A stretch of 64,000 bases of DNA, taken from Trichoplax adhaerens. Lineage: Eukaryota > Animalia > Placozoa. The position numbers were made by a program, and so were the translations under genes. The stretch is taken from the NCBI RefSeq assembly GCF_000150275.1, contig NW_002060944.1, positions 6,113,102-6,177,101 of the forward strand, given 5' to 3'. The notes under the pieces were generated by a model that ran no database searches, was not told the DNA's origin, and saw nothing but the letters and a program-made list of their open reading frames with translations. Shown one piece after another: positions 30,029-44,800 of this stretch (position 1 is its first letter; the number at the start of each line of letters is the position of its first letter).

Positions 30029-32946
30029 TTTCGATTGATGAGGATAGAAAGGGAATCAGGTAAAGCGAAATTTTGCTTTTTCGATGAAGGTTTTTAGCGT
30101 TTCCAGCTACTGACTATAGTGCAAATCTGCAATCGCTTTCATACAGTTCTATAGGCGCTTGTAAGCTCCACCCTGGTTCTGTATGGAATACTGAGCGTTT
30201 CAACTTGGATATTTTTCTGTCTTGCTGTTGCTAATTAAACTGCTATTGCAGGTCATATTTGGGTAGGCAAGGTTAACTAGAAAATGCAATCGTCATCTCT
30301 CTCGTCGAGTGGTATGGCGAGAGAGACCCAAACATGGCTTTGAATACTAGAGTACAGTAGGCAAGAGCAGTAGTGTAACAAATTCAAAACGACAGCATAA
30401 AACCCCGATTCATTAATACTTTACGTCATGGACCTTGTTGACAATAATAATCATAATAGAAGTATCTAAAAGGTCCATGATATGATGGATTTTCTGTTGA
30501 CTTAGCTCTTTTAATAGCAGATGAAGAGGATTAACCTCGTTAAAGAACTCTATCACACCAATTCTATCAAGTACTGTACAGTATTTAGTGATCAAATTAC
30601 TCATAGCAAATGGAATTAGTTCACACTTTCCAGTACCGGATAAACGCGTACTGTACAAACCTCGTCTTTTTCCTCATGATTGGACTTATGCAGCTAGTTA
30701 TGCTCTTCATAGTTCAGCATCTACAGACTTTAGTCTATCGTCATAGATTTTAATCATTTCTATAGCCAATCTTACGTATCTCTCACAAACTGAAGAGCTC
30801 AAGCACTCAATGAATTATTATACCCGTGCATTAGTGTTCCGAGTAAAGAAAATTTGAAAATTGACCCTATTTCCATGTTGACATTGAAAGACGATCTTAG
30901 CCACTATCTCGTCCCCAATACGTATATATCGATTTAACATAGGTGTATTTCAAGTTAAACTTCGAATGAATGAATTGGCCGATTACTTTATAAGTCTATG
31001 AGCTATGGGTTACTGAAGCAATTCAATATGAAGAGGCCATTAAATTTGCCTTGGTGATTTATAGCTGTATAATTCAAATTTTAAATAAGTAGAGATACTG
31101 TATTGAAGACTAGTAAAGACTCGTATATCCACCAGAAAAAGCACATGTTATAGTGACTGCCTAATGTCTTTATTCACTAAAGAACTGTCTACTAACGTAG
31201 GATACATATTAGCATTTTTCATTAGTTAAAAGATATAAAAGTAACATCTCAAAACTACTGCTTGTTAGTGGTATAATAGCATGTTGGATAGCTGAAATAA
31301 TTTCTGTACAATTTGCATAAGGTCACTAAATGATAAGAGATATCAAGAACAGATGAACGAATAAAATGTGTCCATTTCTTCAGCAAATCTATATGGCCCA
31401 CTATACGTCTTTACCGACCTTCTTCTAAGATTGAATATTTAACAACATATATAGCCAATAATGATGAAATAAAACTAATGCAACTATTAACGCCTACTGT
31501 AACGTAAGCGTGATAATAATTATATACGACGTATAATCACGAGCATGATATTCACAGGGTGCGGCTAATTTAGCTTGCTAGATAGAAATATGAATAGGTT
31601 ATTTACTGTTGGGTTTATCATTAGTCAGTAGTAATAGTCGTGGGTAAATAAACAAAATCGAGATTGATTTCAGGTTTTTATTGCCTATATCATATGATTT
31701 TCAGTTTACATTCTTATATGCAATATGAAGCAGAAACATAGTGAGTTCTCAGTCGGGCAATGGCCAGTGTAGAGGGCTGTTAAGTCGAAGACAAAGACTA
31801 TGCATACTTTTAATTCTTGAATAATTAATGCTATCCTATGATGAGCTAGATTAAATTAATAGCTCTATTACCGCCTACTAATATGTTGTTTTCAGTTAGG
31901 AATCCATCAGTTAACATTATTATTGTTGTGGATAAATCCTGTGCCCTATCTTAAGACAATGCATCTCAATGACTAATTGAATACATATTTTATTCAATAG
32001 CTACCACATTGAATAAATGATAACTAAAGGATTATACTTATATACTTATTAACATTATCGCATAATTAGCCTTTTAACGAGATGGTTTGGCGCAAAACGT
32101 TAAGTACACAAATGCTCGTTATCGAGTTAATAATTTAGCATAAATTTGCACTTTTTCGTCAGCGATCGCTTTACATCGTCAAGCAAACGAAGTTTGAATT
32201 ATTGCAAGACTTCCCTTACTTAATTTTCCTAACTTAAATACGTATACCGAATACCTGATTAAAAATGTCTCATAAAGTTATATCTACTGTCTACTATGTA
32301 GGAATCTATAAAATGATAAAGTATACTATACGTAGTTACTGGCTGTACAGGATGACTAGAGATTTTTATCCCTTACTTCATACTTTATTCTTTTTAAGAT
32401 TATCCTATAAATCAGTGGAAGATCGTTTCTTACGAAGTTTGATATCTTTAATAGTGCAATTATTACAGGTTAAGATAATCAATCATTATAATTATAATGC
32501 CAATATAGATATTTTAAACAGTTCAATAATCACGCTATAATAAGCTATAACGGTTGAATTACCCATTTTGGAAAGTTAATTGCTGTACTTACTACGAGTG
32601 AAGTGCGATGATATCACGAAAGCTAGAATTACATCTAACGTAATAGGACTATGTCTTATGCTGCAAAAGAGCTACTTTCACTCATAATTTTAACAGTCCA
32701 TAAGGAAGATGTCCATCAGACGATATCATTGTTGAAGTCATCGTTTCATCGTAGTTTAATTTTCCAATTCTTGTTTTTTTTCTAGCTTGAAAGTTATATT
32801 CGCATTGCGTCCACGCAACAATACAGAACAAATGATTAAAACGTTGACTTCAATTAAATAATGACCCTTTACTGTAATCGATTAAATTGAATCATGCTAA
32901 CATAATTCATAAGTTTTAAGCCAACAAATCCATCTTAGCTGCATTT

Positions 32947-33879
32947 CTATTGGCCATCTAATGTCCCTCCAAGTACTCCAACGTCTTTTAGCTGTATAGT
33001 ATTGAAGTAGATGTAAAATCTGGAAAGACAAATACAGAGGTATTATTTATCATTAGTAGCCTAACTTGTACATCACAATGATTTGGCATGTAACGTTATG
33101 ATATAGCATTAATTTTATTTGAAAAACATCAAGTTTGATTATGGTATTAATAATTGAACAATAGTAGTAAATCGCAAATCTTTTTACTATGCGTTCTTGT
33201 TTCGCTGTAATGTAAAACTGAAATATTTTTAAGTAATAGTTTAGTGAAACGCTGTAAAATCTTTTCTTTAAATTAACAAGTAACTTATTAACTACCTATA
33301 AACGACAAGATAGGTAGTATAACATATATATATATATATACGAGTACTAACGGTAAGGAAAGATTATTTCCTAGTGAATTGACATCTAATCAATTAATTT
33401 TTTAATTACAGTAACGTAAGGGTGAATCTATATTTTCAATCAAGACTTTAATTCTAATTACCTTTCTGGTAAAACACCGAGTTCAGCCTTCAATAGTTCG
33501 GATATAGCTTTAGAAGCAGCTTTGTTCTCCTTTTTGCCAGTGCCATTAACTGTTTTTATTTCCATAAAAGCAGCTGGATCCTGGGTTCCAGCGAAGATAA
33601 GCTTAGGATTATGATGGATTGTTACGGTGATGTACTAAAAAGTTAAATGTAGTCGGATAAGAAAGCAGTTATTACGCTTAAAGGAAAAATGACAGATAGT
33701 AACAATCAAACTGTTGCGGCTAGTAGGTGGATAAGCAATAGGGTGTTAGAAAAGAAATTGTTTCTAATTACCATAATAGGATTCTCATAAATTTCAGAAA
33801 TTAAACGGCTAATTTTTTTTTGAAAGCCTTGATTGCAGACAGTGCGGTCTACATTAGTTTTAATGATGACGGTAGGCAT
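32947..33879 (-). CDS. MIF/DDT-family paralog C, 117 aa
   Basis: Exons 33879-33772 (108 nt, MPTVIIKTNV..YENPIM), 33634-33462 (173 nt, YITVTI..FAGTQDPAAF..ENKAASKAI..ELGVLPER) and 33019-32947 (FYIYF..DVGVLGGTLDGQ*). Confidence 0.88.
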
Positions 33880-35652
33880 GGCTGATTGCTGCGATCGATA
33901 ATTTTTTGAAAGGAAGCTACCTACCTCAGGATTGACTAATTACTGTATGTAGGAAGGTATTTATTGCTTACGATGAATACTGTAACTATTTGTTTACTTT
34001 TTAATAAATTTATTGCTTTTTTAATCAACTATTAATGCTATTATTATGTAGATTAGTTTCGAAGTTCTTTCTATTCTTGGATAAGTGGAAGGAATATACG
34101 ACAGTATATTATTTAGTTAAATTAGTCAAGAATTAGAGATTATCAACTTGAAGGAATACGTAGTAGTATACACCTTTGACAAAGATGTGTAACTCTTCTA
34201 CTGTTCACCCTAAACTTATTTACTTCATTAGTGAGTATCCACAAATTATTTAGAAAATTATATACGCATAAACTACCGTAAGCAATCATTTTCGTCCGTA
34301 AAATTGACCAATGAATAGTTAACATATGGGCAATGCATACAAATGCCGGCGATAATCATTTTACGTGTTCCAATCAAGTTCTTGCATGATTTGATGCGAG
34401 AAATCGATGATAAACAAGCTAAAATAATTTGAATCCCATAAACTAATTTTATTGTAATGCTACAGGTAGATTGATATATTTATTGCTCATACGGATATAC
34501 AGAAGGATTTTACTTGCTTAATGAGCTGATGAGCTGATCGAAACCTTGTTATAACTTCTAAAACTGCGAGTGCATAGACTAGAGTATTACTCGACCAGGA
34601 TACTGAAATACAAAGTTGAACTATTCGATTAGCATTTAGCGTCCGTCTGTAATAGGTCGATCAATAGAATAAATACCATTCCATAACAGTAAGTATTGGA
34701 TTATTAATAATGGAGTAAAAATGCCAAAACCGTGTAATTTGCCGATGTAATAATTATATGTAATGAATGAATAAGCGACCAATCTGGATGCTACAATACT
34801 TCAATAGTAGCAAGGGAATTCATGAATACGCCAACAATAGATAACAGAAGAGAAATACCTTAGTAGAACAATTAATCCATCAATTATTTCCGATACATCA
34901 GTCATTTAAATATATGATCATTTTGCCCATAACTTAGGTCAGAGATTCTTTAAAATAGAAAGAAGAGAAATGAGACCTGATTAAATAAACTAAGCTATGG
35001 TTGCATAGTACTGCAGTACCGCATACCCGTACTCTGTAGCATCGAACCATACCGTTACTGATCAGTAGGAACTCCAGAAGACATACAGACTACAATGTTA
35101 GTTCAATACGATAGCTGGAGAATATTGCACTGAATTAGCTATCGTTAGGATATGTCTTAATGAGTAAGAAGTTAGAAAGGAAATGTTTAGATGATATTGA
35201 CCTCTGGATAGAGGAAGTAGCTCATAGGAGATCGATTATCATAATCACTTGTTGCAAAGGATGCATGTAAAATGATAAGTAGAAATTCCAGAAAGGTATA
35301 TAGACTATTGTATTAGTTTGATACTACAGTTGAGGAATATTACACTGCATTAATTAGGTTAAGATGCTAAATGAGATCGAAATTAGAAAAGAAATGTCTG
35401 CAAATAATATTTAGCTATGGCGAGAGTAAGTAACATATAGAAAGCTAAAGCGACACTGTTACTTATACTGAATTGTACTGTAATAGGGTATAGTTACAGA
35501 TGTCTAGTTATGCAGGTAGGGTAGTATTGCATACATCACTATAAATGATCTACTTTACGTTATGTATTCTTAGCCTAGAAGATTTCACTACCGAGTCCCA
35601 GCAAAATAAAGAAGATGGAAATATCGTTTGCGCATGGTTAGATTACTTTACG

Positions 35653-35666
35653 GTTGCTATGACAAA
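35653..35666 (+). promoter_or_regulatory. Putative RFX X-box
   Basis: GTTGCTATGACAAA compared with the GTTGCCATGGCAAC-type palindrome; ~185 bp upstream of the IFT139 ATG. Confidence 0.55.
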
Positions 35667-35850
35667 ATGGGTTCCCTACGCCTTAACATCAACTACTACT
35701 ACTACAGTAGAAGTTGGGCCCTAACTACAGCAAGGAAAAATTCTTCATCGTATATTCAAAGTAGTCAATTGAATTTTTACTTCGATATTCTAAGGCTGGT
35801 CGGTTAGTTGATATCGTGTATAAGTCGTTATCGAACGTTATTAAAGAAAA

Positions 35851-38800
35851 ATGGCGTCAGGCGATACATATACCCTGGTCAGTCTTAACATTTCCTTGCC
35901 TTCTTAAGTGTAGACGTAGATTGATCTCGTAGTTACTCATTATATGTTACGTCGCAGACTTATAGTCAAACAAAGGTTAAAGAAGCAGTTATCAACATTA
36001 ACTCTATCAGTACTATTGCAGTTACGATATGTTGTCTTTAATCTTGATTAACGGTGATTAGTCGAGAATGAAATAACAGATGCGCTATGGGTATTAAACG
36101 GTAAATTATGGGCAATATTCTTAACATGAATATCTTTTACAGGCCTTAATTAATTTTTACTGCCGTGAAAAGCTTTATAATCATGTTTGTAAAGTGGCTA
36201 CCGATGCTATGAAAAAATATGGCAACGATAATATTTTACACTTTTGGCATGCATTCGGTCTTATTATGCAAAGTAAGAATGGCTCTAAAACAACCATCAG
36301 TCATTTCACACTTAATGATCATAATGTATTTCCTCATGATAATTTATTGTTGTTGCCAATTTAAATTGATAGATCGTGTATCTGAAGGAATGAGAGAATT
36401 ACAAGAAATTGAAGATGACAAAAATGTCGTCTTATGTACAATTTTGTGCTTAGTTTATGCACATAAGAAGAGCAAACTCGTTGGTAATTTAAAAAATTCA
36501 CACTAGATCAAACTTTTATTTCTGTAATATAAACTTCACTGTCTCTTATTCAAAATTAATTATTCTGATTTTTATTTAATGCTAAATTATCTACAGATCG
36601 TGAAAGTGTACAACAATTAGATGCTAGGCTTAAAACAGAGAGACAAAATTGTAGCGATAAAGTATGTTTCATTGCGATTACCTTTCGACAGCATAAGACT
36701 ATCATCATACTCACCATCACTTTATCAATAGGCACTTTATTTTGCTGCAATGTATTTATGGCATATGAATAGAAATGATAAAGCTCGTGAATATATCGAC
36801 AGAATGTTAAAAATATCCAATGGTGCATCAGAGGTAGTTCAATTTTAATATGTTTACAACAAGAAAGCAGCTGCAACTTTGAATCTTAAGACAAGTACAA
36901 TCTCCCACGAGACTAACCTGACTTAATATGATTGATGTTTCTACATAGGGATTAATTTTACGAGGATGGATCGATATTACAAGTGATAAAGAGCAATATG
37001 TCAAAAAAGCTCAAAAATATTTTGAAGAAGCATTAAATAGGTATGAAATGAATAATGCAAATACTGTACGCTATCATCCAATAAAGTTCATATTGAAAAC
37101 ACGAAGTATTCTCTGTATTTAAACTGGAACTTTAATTTTAATAATGTACTTTAGATCAGAATCATCTACTGAAATAGATGCCTTATTAGGCAAAGCAAAA
37201 TGTTTCGAGCTAAAACACAATTATACTAATTCTGTGGAGCTGATCAATAGGGTAAATAGAATTAATTCTCTTACGAGCTATCTTGGTTATTATTTATTAA
37301 GGATAAATGCTTAGATATTAGATGAATTCATTATATTACTTTTGGAATGTGTATCTAAACTGTAGACCATAGCCGCCTACCCAAAGTATACTCCTGCCCT
37401 AATCGAAAAAGCACGGATGCAATTAGCTTTGCAAGAATGGGATCAAGCCGTTGATACGTCTCGCAGGTAAATTAAATCTTAATATAGGTAATCATGTCAC
37501 ATTATCATATTTATTATCAAATGATGATTTTATTCTTTTACTTTAAATAAGAACTCTCATTCAGGATAGTGATAACATCGCAGCAACTAACGTATTGGTC
37601 TTGCATTCACTGTGTCGCATTGGTGATTATACACAGGCTGTTGACAACTTGGGAGAGTTAATACTTCGAATCGATAAAAATGAACCAAAGAATGCAGAGC
37701 TTTATTATAAATGCGCAGTAACATTTTCAAGATTGGTAAGTCATGTAAAGTTATTCAAATCACAAGGGCATATGTAGGCAATGAAGGTCATCAACTGATA
37801 AAATTCTATTCATTATGCACGTAAATCAGTGTGGTCGACAACTTCAAGTTATACATCAAACCTACACGCTAACTGAGCGAGCGATGACTCTTGCTAAAAA
37901 TAACTCCAAATACACGACAGAGGTAATAGATAGCAGAAAGTATACTTGTATGTGAGAACTACTATATTTTGCATAAGCGATAACTTTTATTTGCATTCCG
38001 CTAGGTGGGTAATCAATTGCTATTAATGGGAAAAACAAAAGAAGCGATGAACTATTTTAGTAAAGCTTTAACACTTGATGGAACAAGTGTACCAGCATTA
38101 ATTGGTAGGTCATAAAAGTATATATATTCTAGACTTAGAAATAATACACGTTAAGCAATCAATAATACATTCAACTTTCCCTTAGGTATTATTAAATGCC
38201 AAATTGCTGAAAATCAATTCGATGAGGCCAAGCAGCAGCTCGAGCTACTTCAAGAAGTACAACAATCAATAGGAAAAGTAGCGGTAATCAAAATTCTGGT
38301 CTCTAAAGTTAAAATAAATTAGTCATTCATGAACTAACTAAAATGAAGTAAACTTAATATAATTAGGAAGTACCTTATTTAAGTGCAGTCATGGCGCACA
38401 AGATTAATAGCGATATTGAAAAAGTCACCGGAATGTTAAATTCAGCGGTTGATATCCACTTTTCTTCATTAGGAGTAAGTTGATGTAACAAACGTTTTCC
38501 ATAGTCGGACTTATTTTTGATAATTACGTTTTCATCTTACTAAATGAAAAATTATAAACAATTTTGATCAGAGGCTACCTCTTGGAATGGAATATTATAT
38601 GAAGCTAAACCCAGATTTTATCATCCAAATTGCAAAAATGTATCTAGCTATCGGCCCCAGTGAGGTAACTGAAATCAATTGATAAATTCTTTTTAATTAA
38701 TATTATCACTTTTTCCGCTAAAGTTAAATCATACTTTCATTTGCTTGTACAATTATAGCCCGATACGTTTACCCAACGTATTCCAGTTAGTCTACGCCGT

Positions 38801-41800
38801 TGTGGTTCAACATTGGATCCGATCTCTAAGGGGTTGCCTGGACTTCGTGATGGCCATTATCTGCTTGCTAAAGTAAAATACTATTCCGGTAAGTTACGTG
38901 GTTTCATTTATCATGAAGTAGTAAAAATTTGCTATAAAGTGAAGGTACTTACTTTAAATTGGATATTTTTTCAAACGATACGCTATGATAACGGGATTGA
39001 AAGAAATTTGGTTATAATTATGTTAATCCCTCTTATGTATTTATAAAAATGCTAATTTCTAGGTGCTTTCGATGCCGCTCAAGCTACATTACAAATATGT
39101 CTAGACAATGATCAAACATTTTCTGAAGGCCACTTACTAATGGCTCAGGTATTTTACTCATTGAATTGTGACTTCAATTATATTTCGAGTAATTCAAATT
39201 TGCGTTGTATCAAAGCTATTTATAAAATCCAAATATATAACAGTAATTAGCGGTAAATTTCGACTTTATACTTATCAACCTCTACAATTTTAATTTTTTT
39301 GTAGATCAATGCCTATCAAGGTAAATTTAATCTGGCAAACCAAGCATTAGATATGGCTTTAAGCTACAATTTCGAGGTATCTTTAGTGCTAGTTCGCCTT
39401 ACTATTTCTTTTAGAGCTATTTTTACGATTAATTCATAGTTATTCAAGTATCCCTTAACCGTTACAATTAAAATTTTTGCAATCTTTAATGTAACTCATT
39501 ACAGATTCGAGACTCTCCAAGCTATCATCTAATTAAAGCTCGTATTTTAAAGAAAAATAACGAGTACGAGGAAGCTCTAAAAATTCTAAAGACAGCCATG
39601 AATGTTAGCGGTGTCCGTAAATCTGGTAAGTAAAATAATAGCAGAGTAATAATACCTATAATTAATTGTAGCTATGTGTAAAATAATAGCAAGAATAGGA
39701 CTAGTTTTTGTGATGTGCGGATGGTAAGCGCAGCTTAAAGATTTTTATTCTCTTATAATGCACTTATACGATATCAGATTGTGTAAATAACATATTTACA
39801 ACGTGGAGTAAAAGAAGATTTTCCGTAAATGAATTATACTACTAATAGGATTAAGCGGAGAAAAACAACTTACTGAGCTATATTGCTATTCATAACGATC
39901 TTGTAATCGACTCTTTATATCTTTTCTGTAGATTCTGCGAATAAAAAAAGCAAAGCACCTCCAATTTCTATATCTGATAGGGCATCGATTTTCCTGGAAC
40001 TAGTGGAAGTTCATATCACACTTAAACAGCAAGTTAGCCTACTATATTGCAGTAGATCGCCTTTTTTAATAATGTAGTTTTTATCGTAATTGTAGAAAAT
40101 CTTACAGGAATGTAATATTCGGCTCTGATAATTGTTTTATAGCCCGAAGCTGCTAAAGTTATGCAAGACGCACTACATGAATTTGCCAATACATCCGAAG
40201 AATCCAGGTCATATTTAAATTCAAACTAAGTCAATGAGGGCTGTAATTAACTTTTATTAAAAAATTATTGCCCTAGACTATCAGTGAATGAATTCAAAGT
40301 TATATATTAATATTGTATCTTTACTTAAATAGCATTAAAATCATGTATCTTCATATTTATAGACTCAATATCGCTAATGCAGATTTAGCTCTGGGGCGTG
40401 GAGATATCGATCAGGCTCTTTCTATTCTGCGCAGTATTACGCCTTCACATCCGTAAGCCATTACTAAGCCTCCAAAATTTCATTAATCGTATGATAAACT
40501 ACTGATGTCATGCATTTACATTAGTATATAATATCGACTAAATGAAATGACATTAAGCTGGATAATAATTGCCATTACTGACTTATCCATTACAGATTTT
40601 ATGTTAAAGCACGGGAAAGGATGGCCGATATTTACCTTAACTATCGGAAAGATAAACGTTTATATGCCAGTTGTTACAGGTTTCGATTCTATTACTGTAT
40701 ACTTTAATGTCTACGATGTATGGATGTTATTATAATGAAACGAGATAGCATGAAAGCCAACATGTACGTATCTTCTACAGAGAATTAGCTGAGCAGGAGG
40801 CGAATCCTCAAACGTATCTTCTTCTTGGTGATGCTTACATGAGCATTCAAGAGGTAAGCCAAGAACAGTATTAGCTGCAATCATAGACCAAAAATTAGAT
40901 TCCTAATTTCGACTAAGATCGTACTTATCGTAGCATACACTGTAGTACACAGTAGATCGTGGATATCGGATAGCCAGTGTAAAACTACGCGACAATTCAT
41001 TAAGCTGTAGCCAATTCTTTTTCTTGTTGAAAAAGATCCAATACGATCGTCTAAAAATTGCTAATAACGTAGACAATATTAGTAAGATTTGAGCTTCTAT
41101 TTACGGATAAATCTGAAAAATTTACTTTGTTTTAGCCGGAAAAAGCAATTGATGCATTTGAAGCTGCCTTAAGAAAGAATCCACACGATGCATCTCTTGT
41201 CAGTAAAATTGGTCAAGCCTTATTTAAAACTCATCAGTATATCAAGGTATGATTGAAATTAAGCTGGAGGAATATTATAAACCTAAAGCTAAGCCCATAA
41301 GCTAAATATATTACGATATTATTACATTACGGCCAATAATTATAATTAGTAGTAACTTTTTACTGTAATATCCCTCTTTAGGCTGTAAACTATTATGAAA
41401 CGGCCATAAAATCGAATAATCAGACTTCTCTTAGGTACGTATGTCAACTACAATATCAACGTCTGGCATATTCGCATATTTTAATTCTATAAGTTCCATC
41501 ATCTAAGCCGATAAGTTATTCTCAGTAGTCGTAGATATTGACTTTAATAACAGTTTGCAATCCTTTATGTTAACAGGATGGAATTGGCAGAACTTTATCT
41601 GAAATTAAAGCAATATGAAAAAGCCGTTAGCACCATTACGGCGGTTGTTAAACAAGAAAAAACCTCTCATGATATTAATAGCCTAATGGAAGAAGCTAAA
41701 AGTGTTATGCTTTTAGCTCAAATCTATGAAAGAGTCAACATGCCAAAGCAATCTCTGGAAGCTCTACATAAATGTATAGATGCTCAAGAAAAGTACGTTT

Positions 41801-44800
41801 ATCATCAAATCTTTTTGTTATGTTTAATCAATTGTTGGCTTAATGATTTGATGTTGATCTGTTTGTAAGAATCCTGAAAAGAGTAGGTGTTGAGCAGCCG
41901 GAGGCTAGAGAAAAGCAAAGGGAAATTGCAGCAAAGTAATGACTTTTCGTTACAGATACAGATAACATAAGCTTTTCTTAGTTTCTACATAGATCACATC
42001 CTTCATAGCTTGTTAGCCTCTTTTAAATTAGCTATATCTCATGCGGCAGAATATTAACGGATTTAACGTATCATATGCTTACACGATAATAGATTTAATA
42101 ATTTAATCTTCTCAATTTTTTCAATATCGCTTACAGAATTTGTTGTGATATTGCAAATCACCTAGCAAATGAAAGAAATACTGAAGATGCTATCTCATTT
42201 TATAAAAAAGCTTTATCTTATTGTAATGATCACATGGAATCACGCTTATCTTTAGCCAAGTTATATTTACAAAGAAACGAAATTGATTTCTGCCAAAAAG
42301 AATGCACGACAATGCTACAAATAGATGATGAAAATGTCGAAGCTGCCATGGTATGAATAGGCATTATTAACGGAAGGATTATTTTCCGTTATTTAGTTAC
42401 ATTTGGAATGCAACATTGATAATCTTTTTAATATTCTTATTTTAGATGAAGGCTGATATCTTATTTATTAAAGGAGACTTCGAAACAGCTACTTTTCAGT
42501 TTCAAAAACTTCTTGATAGAGTACCAAGTGAGAATAGCGAAATAAAGGATTGCATTACCGTATTCGCTATCGATTATCTAATTAAGATTATTGCTATTTA
42601 TAATGTTTATGAAATTATGTTCCGTTTTTACCCTGACTACTAATGTTATTTTTCTTGTTTCTCATTGCGATTAATAGATCAATTTTCCGCTCTTGTACGA
42701 TTAACTGATTTACTTCGTCGTGAGGGTAAACTCGAAGACTGCCTTCCCTATCTTGAACAAGTGAGAATAAAAACAAGCTAATAAATCTAATGATTAAAAT
42801 AATGGACTATTTTTTTATTGCATTATGCTGATTAATGTTTCAGTAATAAATAGTAATTGCCTTGGTGCTTTGATAGCGATTCTTTTGTACTAAATAAGTA
42901 GTCGCAATCTAGGAAAAAAGTTGTCCAAATAATCATTGCAAATCATTGTAATTTTTACTTACTCTAACCTTTATATTTAATGCATTCTTGTCCTGTACAG
43001 GCGGAAAGTGCTTGTTTGAATTCATCAATTGATCCTGGATACAACTACTGTCGTGGTTTATACGAACGGTGAATATTCAGAAAATAGTAAGATCAATTGG
43101 CTAATTTACACTTTTTCTGATACTTGTGCATTACTATTGCAGGCACATGAATAATCCATCGGCAGCTATGAAACATTTTAACTTGGCTAGAAAAGATTCC
43201 GAATGGTAATTTCATACTCTAGCTACGTCTTCTAGGGTTGTAATTCATTACGCTTGATATACACTATTACTTAATCCATGTGAATTGAATGGCTTTAAAA
43301 TAGGGGTGAAAAAGCAGTATTTGCTATGGTTGAGATATGTCTAAATCCGGACAATGAAACTTTAGGTATAGATATCTTACTTAAATATTATTATAAGTAT
43401 ATTGTGATCGAAAATTCTATTTATAATATGAAATAATTTCTTTAACTAATATTACAGGAGGAGAAACATTAGAAGCTGTTAACGAAGCGTAAGATTTTTT
43501 TGTTAGCATTTTTATTCCACTTACGGTTATAGCACTTATTCGTTACATGTATAAATTTTAGAGATGGCAATAAACAGAGTTCTGCCTTAAAAACCGCTAA
43601 TAAGCTATTAAAAGTAAGTTGGAGTGCTATCAATTAAATTTTTACTGATTTCTTAATAATAAAATATTTGAATAGTAAATTAAGCTTATTAAAAATCTTT
43701 ATGAAGTGCTAGCCCAATCACAACGAATAAACTACCATATAATAATCTATTCGTTATGATTAGGTTAGAGAATAAACCGTATATCTAATTACGGTACACA
43801 TTCTAACATTAACCTTGTTAAAATTATGTGATAATAATTTTAATCAGTATTAGCATATCGACGACATTTGCGACTTAATCCATGTTAAATTTATTGCAAT
43901 ACAGTACAGTATAAAAATACCAGCATAGCACGTGCCAGCGTTTACGTTGACTGAAAAGGGCATAGAGCTATAACGATGTCATAAGCTAATAATAACTTAT
44001 TTAAATCAGTCATATCAAAAATATAATTCTTATGTTACCTAAACTAAATAATTGGTGTTCCAGGAATTAAAGCCAAAATCAGCCCCATCTAAGAAACAAT
44101 TAGATCTGTTGGAAAATTATGCATTAATCTCAACAAAGCAAAAGCAAAGTGTTGAAAAAGCGTTATCGAGTTTTATTAGCATGTTATCAGAAGACGTAAG
44201 TTTTCAGAGTTCATTAGCTTACAGCTTAAATCAACATTATTTACCAGATTTGTTATTATGAAAACGTTGTATAAATTACATTTATTAAATACATTGAGTA
44301 CTATATAAAATAACGGTGCGTATTTAAATTAGCAAACCAATATTACCGCATTACTGGGAACTGCAACAGCATATATGTTCCTCAAGCAAGTACCTAAAGC
44401 GCGAAATCAATTAAAAAAAATTGCTAAATTGGAATGGAATTCGGCTGTAAGTAGATTCTATTCTTCTTGGTACTTATTCTGTTTAATATTGATATACTTA
44501 GCAATGCATATAACAAATCTAATAGAATGCAGAAGATTTTGAGCGAAGCTGGCTCTTACTAGCTGATGTCTATATTCAGGTAGATATTCAATAACTTCCC
44601 ATTTCCTACACGATTACTTTAGATATTCAGTACCGTGCTTATGTATTTCTACCGGCTATGTTATTTTTAATATCTATTTCTGGATTTTATTTCTGTGGGC
44701 ATAGTCTGGCAAATACGATAATGCAACTGAACTACTAAGGCATTGCCTAAAACACAATAAGGTAAAAACTGCCTTACTCTTATTTAGAGTCAATGCGATC

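Noticed and set aside
26500-32900. Further MIF copies or pseudo-exons in the spacers between paralogs
   Set aside because: None recognised by eye; a TBLASTN search would be more sensitive.
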